From the human T2T-CHM13v2.0 reference genome, Homo sapiens: a stretch of 64,000 nucleotides of DNA. Position numbers and translations under genes: made by a program. This document shows, one piece after another, positions 1 to 14,897 of this stretch (position 1 is its first letter; each line of letters opens with the position of its first letter). The notes under the pieces were generated by a model. It made no database searches and was not told where the DNA came from. It was given only the letters and a program-made list of their open reading frames with translations. The stretch lies in NCBI RefSeq assembly GCF_009914755.1, contig NC_060925.1; one strand, given 5' to 3'.

Positions 1-110
1 CTTGTAGTCTGAACTACTCAGGAGGTGGAAGGATCACTTGAACTCAGGAGTTTGAGACTACAGTGAGCTATGATCACATCACTGCACTCCAGCCTGGGCA
101 ACAGAGTGAG
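1..110 (+). mobile_element. Alu right-arm fragment (AluJ/FRAM-like), truncated by window edge
   Basis: GCAGTGAGCTATGATC-like...CACTGCACTCCAGCCTGGGCAACAGAGTGAGA Alu 3' end. Confidence 0.85.
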
Positions 111-111
111 A

Positions 112-142
<31 letters not shown>

Positions 143-150
143 CGACGATA
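112..150 (+). repeat. (GAT)n microsatellite in place of Alu tail
   Basis: ATGATGATG... ending in GACGACGAT. Confidence 0.95.
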
Positions 151-169
151 ATTAAATTTGCAAATGTCA

Positions 170-1320
170 TCTCCTAATACCACTCAAATATGTCTTATCT
201 TCATTTCCATGTCTATCACCCTAATGTAAGTATCATTATTTCACACCTGGTTTATTGCAAGATCCCCTTTACTGATCTCCCTTCATCCCTTCTTGAGTTT
301 CTCTGATTCATTCTCCAATGAGCATCTTAAACTATCTGTACTAAATGTTAATCTTATCACACCACTTATTCCGAGTCCTACTTAAAACCCTTCAGTGGTT
401 TCTCGTTGTTCTCAGGAAGATCAAAATCCTTGCTAATGCAAACAAAGGCCCTCCAAGGCTAACCCTGCCATCCTCACCATTTCATCCTCTCCGTCAGGCT
501 CTCTGCCCTCAGCAACAATGAGTATCTTTCAGTGCCCCAAATGTGCAGAGTTCTCACATATTCCAAGGCCTTTCCTTTCGTGGTTCCTTCAGCCCAGGAT
601 GTAGCCTCGGAAACCACCCTTGCTCTCTGCTGGACTAATTGCCAGTGACAAAGGAGTTCTGAGGACTAAGCAAGTCAATATTTTTAAAGCCCTTAAAGCA
701 ACATCTAGCAACAAGTAAGGTTTTTTTTTTGTTTGTTTGTTTTTGTTTTTAGATGGAGTCTTGCTCTGTGGCACAGGCTGAAGTCCAGTGGTGCGATCCC
801 GGCTCACTGCAAGCTCCGCCTCCTGAGTTCACGCCATTCTCCTGCCTCAGCCTCCTGAGTAGCTGGGACTACAGGCACCTGACACCATGCCCGGCTAATT
901 TTTTTGTATTTTTAGTAGAGACGGGGTTTCACCGTGTTAGCCAGGATGGTCTCGATCTCCTGACCTCGTGATCTGCCCGCCTCAGCCTCCCAAAGTAAGG
1001 TATTTTTTAAATTAAATATTTTGCTAATATTAGTATTATTCCTCATCCATATGGATAAATATGGAACTTAGTCCCATAGATTTCCATAGCAAACCTTCAG
1101 ACTCCCTAGTCTAGGTCAGGTTTCCTTGTTAATGCACTTACAGAATTGTGTTCGGGGGTTGATCTCACATTGTAATTATGCATTTATGTATGTGGTCACT
1201 TAAGCCCATCTTCCTTACTGGACTTTAAAGTCCAAGAGATCGGGGGCTGTACTCTTCATCTCTCTTGTTCCCATGTTGCCTGTCTCTAGTAAAGGTTTAA
1301 TATGATGATTGTTGAATAAA
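170..1320 (+). mobile_element. degraded L2 3' region, interrupted by AluY
   Basis: L2-like motifs (CTTAAAACCCTTCAGTGG, AAGGCCCT, terminal GTTGAATAAAT). Confidence 0.55.
721..994 (-). mobile_element. AluY, 5'-truncated
   Basis: AluY diagnostics GCAAGCTCCGCCTCC, TTCACGCCATTCTCC, CCGTGTTAGCCAGGATGGTCTCGATC; TSD AAGTAAGG. Confidence 0.93.
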
Positions 1321-1446
1321 TTCATAGTACTACATAATGTAAAAATGGTTAGACTCATTTAAAGTAGTGTTAATATGCAGCCCCTATGGCATATACAAAA
1401 TTCACTTAGAGGTGCCCTGGAGAGGGGCATCAAAGAGATACTGAAT

Positions 1447-1854
1447 TTAGTCAGCTCTTGCCACCACAGTGCTGCAGAACAAACTGTCCAAACTCAGTGC
1501 TCTACAGCAAAACACTGACTGAGTTTGAGCTCCCCTAAGTGACTCCACTCTAGGTAAGATCAGCTGAACTTGCGTATGGGTTGAGTATAGACCTGTTCCA
1601 CATGTCTCTCATCCTCCCCAGACCAATGGCTACCTGGGACAATCACTCCCCAGGTTGGATCCCCAGAGCACAAGATCCAAGAGCAATGTGCAAGCACATT
1701 TAGGGCCTCAGCTCATGGTACCTCTGCTATTAGTCTTTTGGCCGAGGCAAGTCACATGGCCAAGTCCAAAGTCAACAAGACAGAGAAGTATACTCTGCCT
1801 GTGGTGGGAGGGGAGAGGAGGGATTATTTGCTGAACAATAATTTAAATGATCAC
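1447..1854 (-). mobile_element. MaLR LTR (MLT1I-like)
   Basis: GCAAGTCACATGGCCAAGTCCAAAGTCA, TATTTGCTGAACAATAAT MLT1 motifs. Confidence 0.7.
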
Positions 1855-2562
1855 AGATGGTCATGCTCCAAAGCAATTGAATCTGAGGCAAAATGAGATG
1901 CCAGGGTCACTGCCAGCTTGGAGAGACATGCAGCAATTATGAAGTCACTGTGAACAGAGGCAACAAACAATGGTATCAAATGTAAGCCCCAAATTCAAAG
2001 TCACAAATAAGAGCCACCACTGAAAATTGATGTACACGGGAGATGCTTCTCGCTTTGGCAACTCTGTAACATGCTCCAGGGTGAATAACAGCTGGGATTT
2101 ATTTAGCCATGGTAATGAAGCCACAGTAATGAATGCCGAGGAAGCCTTACACCATGACTGGAAGAGTGTAAACAGTGAGCATGCAAAGAGGAAAAAAATG
2201 CAAAAAAGAAGAGATAGAGAAGAAATTAAGTGTGGTTAGAACAACAGAATTATGAGTAATTTTTATTATGTTTTGAAGGCTTCCAGGACCTTCTCCTACT
2301 ATGTCCTCTGCTTCTCCTGGCTTAATAGTCATCATACTTTTTTTTTTTTAATCTGTCTTCCTCTAGTTCCCATACACTCATGAAGGCAAAGACCACAAGT
2401 CTGATGCAGTCCCCACTCTATCCTCAGTCCCCTGGTACACAGTAGGTAGCCAAAAATATCCATGGAATGAATACATGAAATTCATAGTTGGATGATATCT
2501 AAAATTACCAACTAAATAAGGGATTGCTTTCTCCTGTTTGTCCTATAAAAATAAGATTTTGA

Positions 2563-2911
<349 letters not shown>

Positions 2912-3529
2912 AAAATTAGGAATATTTTACAAGTCATGGTGTCTGCTATTTTTGCTGGATTCTTCTGCTGTCTACTTCTAAACAGCTGCTAATTCTAATA
3001 TAAGATAATTTTCACTGCAAAGAAATACTATTGAATTTTTTACCGTTGAATTTTTTCTGAAAACAATATCAATTCAGCATATTATTGGTAATGGATACTT
3101 TAATCCCAATTTCTACTCATGCTTCAAACTTCAGTTCAGACACCACCACTTCCAGAAAGTCCTTCCAGATGCCACCAGCACCTTCAACCTAAGCCCAAGA
3201 GCCCCTCTTTTGTGCTCACAGTAGTGACTGTACACACCTTTTTTTGTGCACTGGCCATAATCTTTCATGTTAGTTACAAATAAACACTTGTTGAACTCTG
3301 GGGAATTGGGCACACGTGGTAGGTGAGGCATGTGTGACCTTGGCCAGAATCCTCCGCATCAGGGCTTCTACAGATTTAGACTGGCACTTTTTTGAAAGCA
3401 ATATGGTACCCTTGAATCAACAGAAGCATTCAATGATGTTCCCCTACTATTGCTTGCCTGACGGGGGTGCTATAGAGACACACACATACTTCTACGGGCA
3501 TTTAAAATGAGGAGAGATCTAAGGTAAAT

Positions 3530-3765
3530 ATAACAATAGCTAATGTTGCAGGGGATTTACACATATTAACTCATTTAGTCTCCCCTACAACACTCAACAC
3601 TTTCCTATGTGGTAGAACCATTGTTATCATTCCCATTTTGGACATAAGGAAACAGAAACAAAGAGAGGTTAAGTAACATGTTCCAGGTCACACAGCTGCC
3701 AAATGGCAGAGTCAGGTTGAAACCACAGCAGTGCGGCTGGGAAGCCTGAGCTCCAAACCACCATG
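3530..3765 (-). mobile_element. MIR
   Basis: GAGAGGTTAAGTAAC...CCAGGTCACACAGCT MIR core. Confidence 0.8.
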
Positions 3766-3961
3766 TGACTGCCTCCTTGCTGCTACTGGTGCACGGCAGC
3801 TGCCCCCACAACCAGGGCCTTTCTGTTCTTGATTTTAATAATAAATTCACTCAGTTGTTTGGCTTTTGTTTCGGGGGTGGAGGAGAGGAAGATACAGTAT
3901 TATTTTATAATCAAAGGGAAATAAAACGCTATTTTGAAAAATACGAACTCAATTTGAAAGG

Positions 3962-4414
3962 TGTTATGGACTAAATTATACCCCCTAAAATTCACATGTT
4001 GAAGCCCTAGCCTCCAGTGTGACTGTATTTAGAGATAGGGACTTTAAGGAGGTAATTAGGTTTAAATGAGGTCAAAAGAGTGGGCCTAAGTTGATAGGAG
4101 GGGTATCCTTATAAGAAGAAGTAGTTATTTCTGCTGAGAGAGAGAAAAAAAATGGGAAAAGAAATGAACAAAAAAAAAGAGGGAGAGACACCAGGGAACT
4201 CTCTCTCTTCACAAACACAGAAGAAAGGCCATGTGAGGACAGAGTGAGAAGGCGACTGTCTGCAAGCCAGGAAGAGAGCCCTCACCAGATACCAACCCCG
4301 TCAACACCCTGACCTTGGACTTCCAGCCTCTGGAGCTGTGAGAAAATAAATGTCTATTGTTTAAGCCACCCAGTCCATGGTACCTTGTCAGGGCAGACCA
4401 AGTAGACTGATACA
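3962..4414 (+). mobile_element. MLT1A-family MaLR solo LTR
   Basis: TGTTATGGACT...GGACTTCCAGCCTC...AATAAATGTCTATTGTTTAAGCCACCCAG...GACTGATACA; TG..CA termini. Confidence 0.88.
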
Positions 4415-4961
4415 AAGGGCAATGTACAAAGAAGCCTCATATTTCCATCCATTACAAAGAGAAGCTAAGGATGAAGAAATAAACAGTAAGGGAAAAAAAA
4501 ATGTATTGAAACTAATTGGTCAAATAACACAACTCCATCAGGGAGTACCCCGCTCTAAAGTACCTCAAGCTCTGGCCATCGGCAAGAAATATTTGCCAAA
4601 TATCTACCATCTCTGGCCCCAAGAAGTTAAGGCTTTCATTAGGGCACCATAGCACATATTGACCTAGATGTGAGTGTGGAAATATATAAGACTATAAGAC
4701 CATATATGCCTAAAAAATGGTACAAGTGTTCAGAGGAGAAATCTTCATTTCAACAATGGTTTTTGGAGTATTTAGAATTTGACATGATTCATACAGAAAG
4801 AACAGGTTGCAAGTAAGTGGTCACGTGGAATAAAAAATTTACAACAGGGCAATGGTGGTTGCAAAGCCTAAGCAGCTGAAATGCAGTTGGCATATTCAAC
4901 AACCCATAGCTAAAAGGTCAGTTCTTCAGAATAGGGGAATGAGTTGGAATGCACACAGCTA

Positions 4962-5262
<301 letters not shown>

Positions 5263-6439
5263 AGAGAGAGAGAGATTATTCTGGAAGCTGGGTGTAGAGT
5301 GGACTAATGAGGAAAGAATCTGGAGGCAGGATGAATAGCTGGAAGACAGAACAATAATCCAAGAATCTTGAATTCTGAGATCTAGATTAGCTGGTGGCAA
5401 TGATAATCACCAGGAGCCGATGTGAACGGCACTGAATAGGAGAAAGTGAGACCCAGCACGGGCAACAGAGTGAGACCCATCTCAAAAAACAGAATAAAAT
5501 AAAATAATAAAATTACTTTCCTTACTGACATTGTAAAAATTGATGCTTAAAGCAAATGTTTTTGCCATCACTATTGTTGTCAACTACAAATAACAGTTTT
5601 GAGCATCCCAGAAAATGCACCACCGCCAGTAGGCAATGCCACACTGCCCGCACTCACAATGTAAATGTGCCATCAGTGGCCTAACAGACCCCATGGGGTC
5701 CTTTCCAGCACTCAATGTTCCATGGTCCTGTGATGCTCAAGTGAGGCTCAAAGCACAAATAGTTAAGTTCAAAGCCTGGCAACTCCCATTCCAGATCCCA
5801 TTATTGATTGCATTTATCACATGATTTTCTCCTTTTAAGTAAAGACCTAGGTGTTGGAAAAGACTCTGTTCCCTTAAACAAAATATTCAATGTCACTGTT
5901 GTGTCCTTACAGATAACTATGACAGAAATAATAATACCTTCAGTAGAGGATTTGCAGACAACCTTGCAATAACTCTGCATTCTCCCAGGGGTCTGTAAGA
6001 CAACAGGTTGATGATGACTTATCTAAAAAATGGATGGACAACAAATACTTCAGGCAATCCTCCATAAATATTGTTTCCCTCTGCAGAGCTTTCGAAAGGT
6101 ATTAATGGCAGTGAGTTTGAGATTGTATTTCCTGATAAGAACCTGGAAAGCAACTATACCAGGTAGCCAGTTAAAAGCAAAAGAGTAATCAGATGACATT
6201 AGGAACCTGACTGTGTACATGTGTTAAACAGGCAAAAGTGCTTTAAAAGTCAATTCTGAATAAGAAGGCATACCCTTCCTTCCTTTCTTAGTCATCCCAA
6301 TTACAGCTTCCTCCTTTCTTGCCTTCTTTTGGGTAAACTGAACATTTCTTAATATTCCATTTTTTCTCTTCTATTGAGTTTTTAGCTATACACATTCACT
6401 GTGTATAGCTTTTTCTACCTTTAATTTTGCTAATCAGCC

Positions 6440-6650
6440 AAAGTAACTACTCATGTCTAACCTACCATAAGATATGACAGGCCACTAAAATGCAACTTTG
6501 AAAATTAAATGCACACACAGTGATATGTAACATGAACTCCTGTGCATTGTAAAATAATAACAAATGGAATTTTACAAGATTCAACACGAGATTCCAACCA
6601 AGCCTTTTATGAGCAAGGGCAACATTTCACCATGCTATTTGTACAGGTAC
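6440..6650. mobile_element. ancient mammalian repeat fragment (MamRep605-like)
   Basis: recalled similarity: GTAAAATAATAACAAATGG...AGATTCCAACC..CCTTTTA; not verified by alignment. Confidence 0.4.
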
Positions 6651-7449
6651 CATTTTTTTTTTTTTAATTTATTCCTTTGGTAGTCAAGAGAACTGGTTTC
6701 CATAGAGGACCAGTCTGCAAAGAGAGCATTCAATATATCCAAATAAAATAGTGGATTCATTAAGATCCACCTTTGATTACTAATATGTGCTAACCAGTTA
6801 GCTACATGACACTGGGCCAGAAGTCACCTATGCCCCCTGATCCATATAACACTGACTTCTGTGATAGACACATAGGGGCTAAATAGGACATGGCACATGT
6901 GTCATGTAGGACGGCAAGAAGGGATTTATTTGCAAAAGACACATAGATCTATGCCAAGGGAAGTCAACCCCTAAGATGAGCCTCTCAAATCCGTTCACAT
7001 TCTCAGACTATGAGTTAAGTCAACTCAAACCTCAATAAAATGGTACCAGTGACTGTGAGGTAAAATCTGTCATCGCCTTCATTGTAAAAAGGGCCATTGA
7101 ACCGTGGCTGCTACTTCACCGGCCCTGATTCAACTTCCCTTTAAAAAAAAGATTTCTGCTTAACATTTCTCATTTTCTTCTTCTTAATTTGCATTAGTTA
7201 TTTCAAAAGAGAAAAACAAAAGAGTAATTGTCTCAAAGAAATGAAATACTCAGGTAAGCGGGCAACCAACAACCACACAAATGTCTGTGAATTGCATAAT
7301 CAATTCTGTGATTAGGCAGAGGAGAGCTCTGCACCCACATTGATTATAAAATGCAAATCTGAATACAGCTAATCTTCACATAAATATAATAGGTATAGTA
7401 TTGATTTTTTCCCTTGTGATCATGTGTAAAATTAACTATCTACAGTAAT

Positions 7450-7720
7450 GGTAAAGAAGTAATATATTATTATTTGAAGGTGGTCTGTAATAAGTTAAAG
7501 ATGCATGTTGTAATGTCTAGAGCAACCACTTGAACACACACACACACACAGTAAGTGTGTATAGCTAAAAACTCAATAGAAGAGATAAAATGGAATATTA
7601 AGAAATGTTCGATTTACCCAAAAGAAGGCAAGAAAGGAGGAAGAAAGAAACAAACAAGTTGGAACAAACACAAAACAAACGTGATGGACTTGCATCCAAA
7701 CATATTAAACACTCTAATTA
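7450..7720 (+). mobile_element. old L1M internal fragment
   Basis: AAGTTAAAGATGCATGTTGTAAT..CTAGAGCAACCACT..AAAAGAAGGCAAGAAAGG resembles L1M inter-ORF region. Confidence 0.6.
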
Positions 7721-9331
7721 AAGTGGTGGTAAAAAAAAAAATTGTGAGAAATGCATCAGTAACAAGGACATTGTCCACCATTTCACATCCTTTTATTTAA
7801 AATAAATCTTTTTTAATATATTTCAATGTCTGTTTGTTGTAGTTTCATATGTGTTACATGGTAATTGGCTCCACATAGAAGAAAAAACTCTCTAGATAAT
7901 CTCAACTAAGGCTCTATCAGCAAAAGTCCCTCAGTAGAGAGTAACATGGTGGATGTAAGCATACTGAGGCTGCTGCCATCAGTAGAAATGCTTGTTTATT
8001 TAACTGATGGCTGCTACCTTCACTGGAGTGCTAGGGACACGGAATGAAATGGACTGGACTTGGCAAAGGGATATGTTATATTGTATACTTCTTTTTGATC
8101 CCTAACCGCTCTTGTGAGTTTGAAACATCCACTCGGTGCTTCAGATACTTAAACATTTTATTTTATTTATTTTTTTACAAGGCCACAGCCAACATTGTAA
8201 CAAATAAGCAAAAATTTTAAAAGAAAGGTTGAGACATTAGTCTCACACACACATACAGAGCTCAATAAATGTGACATTAGTAAGAAAGTTCATATGATGT
8301 CTGCACATCTACAGCTAGAGATATTTTTTAAAAAACAGTGTCTACATCTTATGAACAGAATAATATATCAACATTTTTATAGCAAAGCAGACAATTTCTA
8401 TGATAAATAATTTCCAGTCCCACACAGGCAGGGGCCTTTAAGAATTTCAGCTTTAATAAAAAGAGAGTTTAATTACAAAGCCAGTGAGTTATGATCAACA
8501 TTCTCAGCCTCCCCCATACAGCTTCCAACACCAGGTACCACAACTGCATACACAAGTAACTACATTTGTATTTCTCTCTCGTTCGAAGGGACAGGGCAAG
8601 TCAAAAACTGATTGTGCAATTTCAGGCCCTCAAATAACTAACATTTTCCAAAGAGGGAGCCTTTAGCTGCAGAGGTTTCAACAAACAAGTAATTTAACCC
8701 TAAGGTATAAAGAATCCTTTATTGATCAATCAGTACTAGCGAAATGGATCGTCTTCTTTGGGTATGATTTTCAGTAACATCGGAGCCACCCTATGCCATC
8801 AACAAGTAGCACCACTTTGAAAAGAAATAGGATTTTAGGTAATAATTGCAGTACCACGGTACCATTTCCTTTCTCACGCCTCCCTGGCCAACCCTCTGAT
8901 CCAAACCACTGCCCTTTCTCACCTGGATTCTTCCAATAACCTCCTAACAGGGTACTCTGCTTCAATCTCTGACCCCTTAGCTGCATTCTTAGCATAGCGT
9001 CAGAATGGGCCTCCACAAATGTGAAGTCAGGTCATAACTCTTCTCTGCACTTCACTCAGAGTGCCCCATGACCTATAAGGTCCCTGAACCTGATATTCCC
9101 CTCCCCACAACTGCTTTGACCTCACACCCATTACTCTGCCCATCATTCACTCCACTCCAGCCACACTGACTTCCTGGCTGGTCTGTGAACTCACCAGGCA
9201 CACACCCATCTCAGGGCCTCTGCAGAGCTTCTTCCCCAGACATCCATATGGCACATGCCCTCACCACTTCCAATTTGTATCTAACTGTCTCCCACTTAGT
9301 GCCCTACCCTGTCTTTAAAAATTACAAACCA

Positions 9332-9739
<408 letters not shown>

Positions 9740-9913
9740 TTAATGTCTACTATATTATATACTTTTACATAAATATATCACTTACATATTTGCTTATTGT
9801 GTTTCTTGTGTTCCCTCATGAGATTGTAAAACCCCCAAGAAGGAAGATTTTAATCTATTTTGTTTCCGGTGTCTAAAATATGGTCATATTCAAAAAACAT
9901 TTGTTGAGTTTCT

Positions 9914-10209
9914 TGTGTTTTTTTTTTTTAGAGACAGTCTCACTCTGTCGCCAGGCTGGAGGGCAATGGCACAATCGTAGCTCATTGCAGCCTTGAACTC
10001 CTGGGCTCCTGCTATCCTCCCACTTTGGTCTCCAGAATAGCTGGGACTACAGGCATGGGCCACCACCCTGGCTACTTTTTTTTAACTTTTGTAAAGACAG
10101 GGTCTTTCTATGTTGCCCAGGCTAGTCTCAAACTCCTGGTCTCAAGCAATCCTCCTGCCTTGGGATCTGAAAGTGCAGGGATTACAGGCGTGAGCCAGCG
10201 CTCCTGGCC
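9914..10209 (-). mobile_element. AluJ
   Basis: AluJ diagnostics (GCAGCCTTGAACTCCTGGGCTC); TSD TTGTTGAGTTTCT. Confidence 0.9.
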
Positions 10210-10339
10210 TTGTTGAGTTTCTGAATCAATAAATGAAAGGGGACATTTTCATCAGGGGTCAGGCATGAAGAGCCTTAAGTGCTGTGATAAGGAGTCTGGA
10301 CTGGATCCAAAGGGCAAGGGTAAATGATGAAAAAGATGG

Positions 10340-10868
10340 GTTACAGGGACCTCCAAAATGGTACCACATGCACCCCACCTCCAGGCCTTCACAGCCTTGT
10401 CTGGTTCTCCTCCCACTGTGTGCCAGGGTTGGTCTGTGTGACCAATAGAAGGGATGATATGTCACTTCCAAGACTAAGCTCTAAAGACACTGCCGCTTCC
10501 ATCTTGGTCAATCTCTGTCCCTCAGTCCCCACCCTCTGCCTTACTCACTCTAGAGAAAGCTGGCTGCCATGTCACAACCAGCCCTATGGAAAGGCCCAGT
10601 GGCAAGGAAATGAAACCTCTTGCTATTTGCCACATGAATGCATATCAAAATAGATCCTTTAGTCCTAGTCAACAGTTCAGAGGCTGCAGCTCCAGCAGCT
10701 GCTTGACTGCAACCTCATGAAAAACAGAGCCACCCAGCTAAATCACTCCTCTCCACTATCCAAAGCCAGATTACTGACCCTCAGAGACTCTGTGAGATCA
10801 TAAATGCCCATTGTTCTAAGCTGCTGCATTTTGAAATGTTTTGTTACCTTGCAGTAGATAACTAATGA
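10340..10868 (+). mobile_element. MLT1F-like MaLR LTR
   Basis: GGTCTGTGTGACCAATAGAA, TTGACTGCAACCTCATGA, TTGTTACC..GCAGTAGATAACTAAT. Confidence 0.8.
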
Positions 10869-11914
10869 AAGCAATATGAGATGGGAGGTAGGATGGCCAG
10901 TTTCAAGGCACAGTATTCTAGTTAAAAAGGCATGAAGACCTCAACAAGGACAGAGGCAGTGGAGGTAAAGAGAATGAGGCTGCCTCAAGGGCTCTCCAGA
11001 GGTGGCAGCACCAGGGTTTGATACCTGATGGGATGGGTATCATCCATCCATCCAATCCAATGCCACAATATCATCCATCAATACCAGAGGCATAAGGAAT
11101 AGGAATCTAGGAAGATGCTCAGATTTCTGATGGTTGTCTGGATACACAGTGAAGCTACTAATCAGGATGTAGGATACAAATCGATCACACACTAATCAAT
11201 AGTCTCTGGCCCCAACTAAGCGCCACGCTGTGTTCTTGGTATTTCTTCAGCTGCTACCATACAGGCACTTCCTCCAGCCAGCTCGCAGGCAGCTGAAGCA
11301 TCACCTCCTCTCATCCAACCCAGGCAGAGTTGGACACTCTCTCCTCTATGCCCCAATGTGTATTCACACACTTCTTTCAGAGCACTTTCCTGTGTTTTGC
11401 AGTTACCTATACTTTACTCTGTGCTGCCTCAGAAAGGGATTTGTCTTTTCCATCCTTGCATCCCTTGACCTGGCACATATTAAGTTCTCAATACATGTTG
11501 GATGGAAAATGAGTGAACAAAATAGCAACCCCACTCTACCCATCATCACAATTACGGAGCCACATTCTGCTCAGAGGAAAACTTCCTTATGCTGGTATTT
11601 TAGACCGCTCCATCCAGAATGCCCTTCCAATGGCAACTACACATTCCTCACTGCCTTCCTGATGTGACCATTTTCTCCCAGGATTCCAGCAGCCCAGAAT
11701 GACCTACTTACAGCCATGGACTGAGGTGGCCTTTTGCACAAAGAAACATGAATAGCAGGCCCTGAAGAAAGGTCTGCAGGTGGGAAATAGAATATTCCTG
11801 ACCACCAGAAATCAACATTGTAGCCAAGAAGTTGGAGGTGTTTTTCTTCTGTCCCTTTCCTAGGCTGAAAATATAAAATCCATGACCTAAAAATTCAAGT
11901 TCCATGAGACATAA

Positions 11915-12224
<310 letters not shown>

Positions 12225-12486
12225 TCACTCCTTATATTAAGTCTACTTCTCTTGAGCAAATAATGTATTCACTCAACAACATGGATTGAGTGCCTTCTAC
12301 ATTCTAGAGTCAGAATACCCACCCCTCACTACTACTGAGTGTCATTATGAGTCTTTTCCCACCAAGTCTAGGGTAATCTGAGAAACGGTTTTGCTTCCCC
12401 TGTTCAAATGTTTCCAAGAATATTTAGAGATATATCACAATGTCATTTCAAGCAGCACAAGTAGCATACAAAACTGTTTAGTATCT

Positions 12487-12790
12487 GGCCAGGCACACTG
12501 GCTCATGCCTGTAATCCCAGCACTTTGGGAGGCTGAGGCAGGAGGATCACTTGAGGTCAGGAGTTCAAGACCTGCCTGACCAACATGATGAAACCTGACT
12601 CTACTAAAAATACAAAAAAAAAAAAAAAAATAGCTGGGTATGGTAGTAGAAGCCTGTAATCCCAGTTACTTGGAAGGCTGAGGCATGAGAATCACTTGAA
12701 CCTAGGAGACAGAGGTTGCAGTGACCCAAGGTCACACCACTGCACTCCAGCCCAGGCGACAGAGCAAGATTCTGTCTCAAAAAAAATAAA
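12487..12790 (+). mobile_element. AluSx/Sz
   Basis: full dimeric Alu. Confidence 0.92.
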
Positions 12791-12934
12791 TGAAACTCTT
12801 TAATATGTGATATAATCCTAGTTTTGCCTATATGTCTGTGTGTATAGCTATATGGATATGTGCCTATATATACATATATAGATAATATACACACACTCAA
12901 GACAGAAATAAAATATATCAAAATGTTAACAGGA

Positions 12935-13233
12935 GGCCAGGCGTGGTACCTCATGCCTGTAATCCCAGCACTGTGGGAGGCCAAGGCAGGAGGATTGCTT
13001 GAGCCCAAGAGTTCAGGACCAGTCTGGGCAACATGGCGCAACCCTGTCTCTACACAAAATACAAAAATTAGCTGGATGTGGTGGCATACACCTGTAGTCC
13101 CAGCTACTTGAGAGGCTTCAGGGGAAGGATCATCTGAGCCTAGGGAGGTCGAGGCTGCGATGAGTCATGATTGCACCACTGCACTCCAACCTGGCTGACA
13201 GAGGGAGACCCTGTCTCAAAAAAAAAAAAAAAA
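12935..13233 (+). mobile_element. AluJb-like
   Basis: GGATTGCTTGAGCCCAAGAG, GAGGCTGCGATGAG AluJ motifs. Confidence 0.9.
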
Positions 13234-14706
13234 GTTAAAAGATTATATATGTTTGAAGTTTTCCAAAATAAAAAGTTAAAAACTATGTTAACATGGAGAT
13301 GGCATTGTAAATGAGTATATTTTTCTTCTTCTTGCTTTTCCCATTATCTAAAATATCACAACTTTTAGTGGTATAAATGTCATTTTAAAACACAATATGA
13401 AAAATAAATCTAGCAAGTGACTAACAGTAGTTACAGCTAAAGGGGGGAAGGGGAGATAATGAGCTCTTTCAGCTTCATTCTTACCCTTACCTATATTTTC
13501 CTAAATTTTCTATAGTGAATGTGTATTATTTTAAAACTGGAAGGTGAAGCCTATTTAAAAATGCAATTAACACACAGACATCTGAGAACATAAGTATTGT
13601 CTTGGCAATGGCCCCTACAGCAGACTTTTCTCTTGAAAAATGCGTGCCTCTTCCATTTACTGTTTTTTTCTATCTTGGAACGCCTCTTCTTACATACTAA
13701 ACAGTTCAAGACTCAGATTTAAATTAAAATCCTCTTAATTAGGTCAGAGACTCTCCTGTTAAGCATGTCTTCCAGGTCACGGGGAGCTCACCTCACTGGG
13801 ATGGGAGCCAGTCTGCCCAGGGCCGGACCAGCTCTTCCACAGGAAAACATGGATGTAGAGGTGAAAGGGCAATCTGACCTACCAATCCTTCTAAAACCTG
13901 TCCAGGATTTGGAACCCTAGACACTCCAGGTTTCTTTCTGACTCCAGCAGGCATTACCCCAATAGTCAGCAGAAAGTGTGAGGACTGGGCCTGCCAGGTC
14001 CTGGCACCACCTCTTTCCTCTTGTCACACCCTCTTTGAAGCCCATACACAGGGTAACTTATGTTTGCACACCTTAGAACATGAAATCAGTGCTTCTCCCA
14101 ACCAGCCTCTCCTCTTCAGGGCTGTCCATTCCTGACAGCACCATTGATGTTGTTCTGTGCCATGTGGGACTCTGAGCCATTCACCTCCTCCATAGATAGA
14201 ACACCCTTCCTCACGTCCTTTGTCCTGTCAATCTGTTATCCAGGATGAACTCCTCACCTCCCTGATTGCCTTCTTTAACCACTTCTTCCACTCAGTTTAG
14301 GGACTCTTCATATTCATAAGGCACAAGGCTCTCCTAATGTGCCTCTTGTGTAAGAGATAAGAAAAACCAAACTGTTTTTCCCACTCTCATACACTCAACA
14401 CAAGATATTTCACCTCTGATAACCAAAACGTATGTGGGGTTTTCCCCACACATCAAGCAATTCTCCAGAAGACACTAACTGAGTGTCCTACAATTTAACT
14501 CAACTCTGACACTCTTTACCTGGTTAAGAGCTCCTACTGGTTAGGAGCTCAGTTCCACAAGGCTGTCTCCCTCTCCAGATGCCAGTTGCAAGCCCTGTGT
14601 TGTATTACCTGTACTTCTGACCAATCAGCAGAACTTGAGGATTCCCAAGACCCCTTCCTCACATTGGATTAATTTACTAGGACAGCTCACAGAACTCAGG
14701 GAAACA

Positions 14707-14857
14707 AGGGTGTCTGTCAGGTTTTTCCATCTTCATACATGTCTGCTTCTCCCATGACCTCCACCACCACATCATGACGCAGCATGTGAGACCTCACCAG
14801 AAGCTGGCACCATGCCCTTGAACTTCTCAGCTCACAGAACCATGAGAAAAAAAAAAC

Positions 14858-14862
<5 letters not shown>
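14707..14862 (+). mobile_element. MST-family MaLR LTR 3' fragment nested in MER21
   Basis: CATGACGCAGCA..CCTCACCAGAAGCTGGCACCATGCCCTTGAACTT..CAGAACCATGAG. Confidence 0.7.

Positions 14863-14897
<35 letters not shown>

Noticed and set aside
6920-7150. Possible minus-strand terminal exon (acceptor TTTTTTTTAAAG|G at 7139/7138, AATAAA near 6926)
   Set aside because: Weak AAG acceptor, stops in all frames, and such motifs are frequent by chance; needs RNA evidence.
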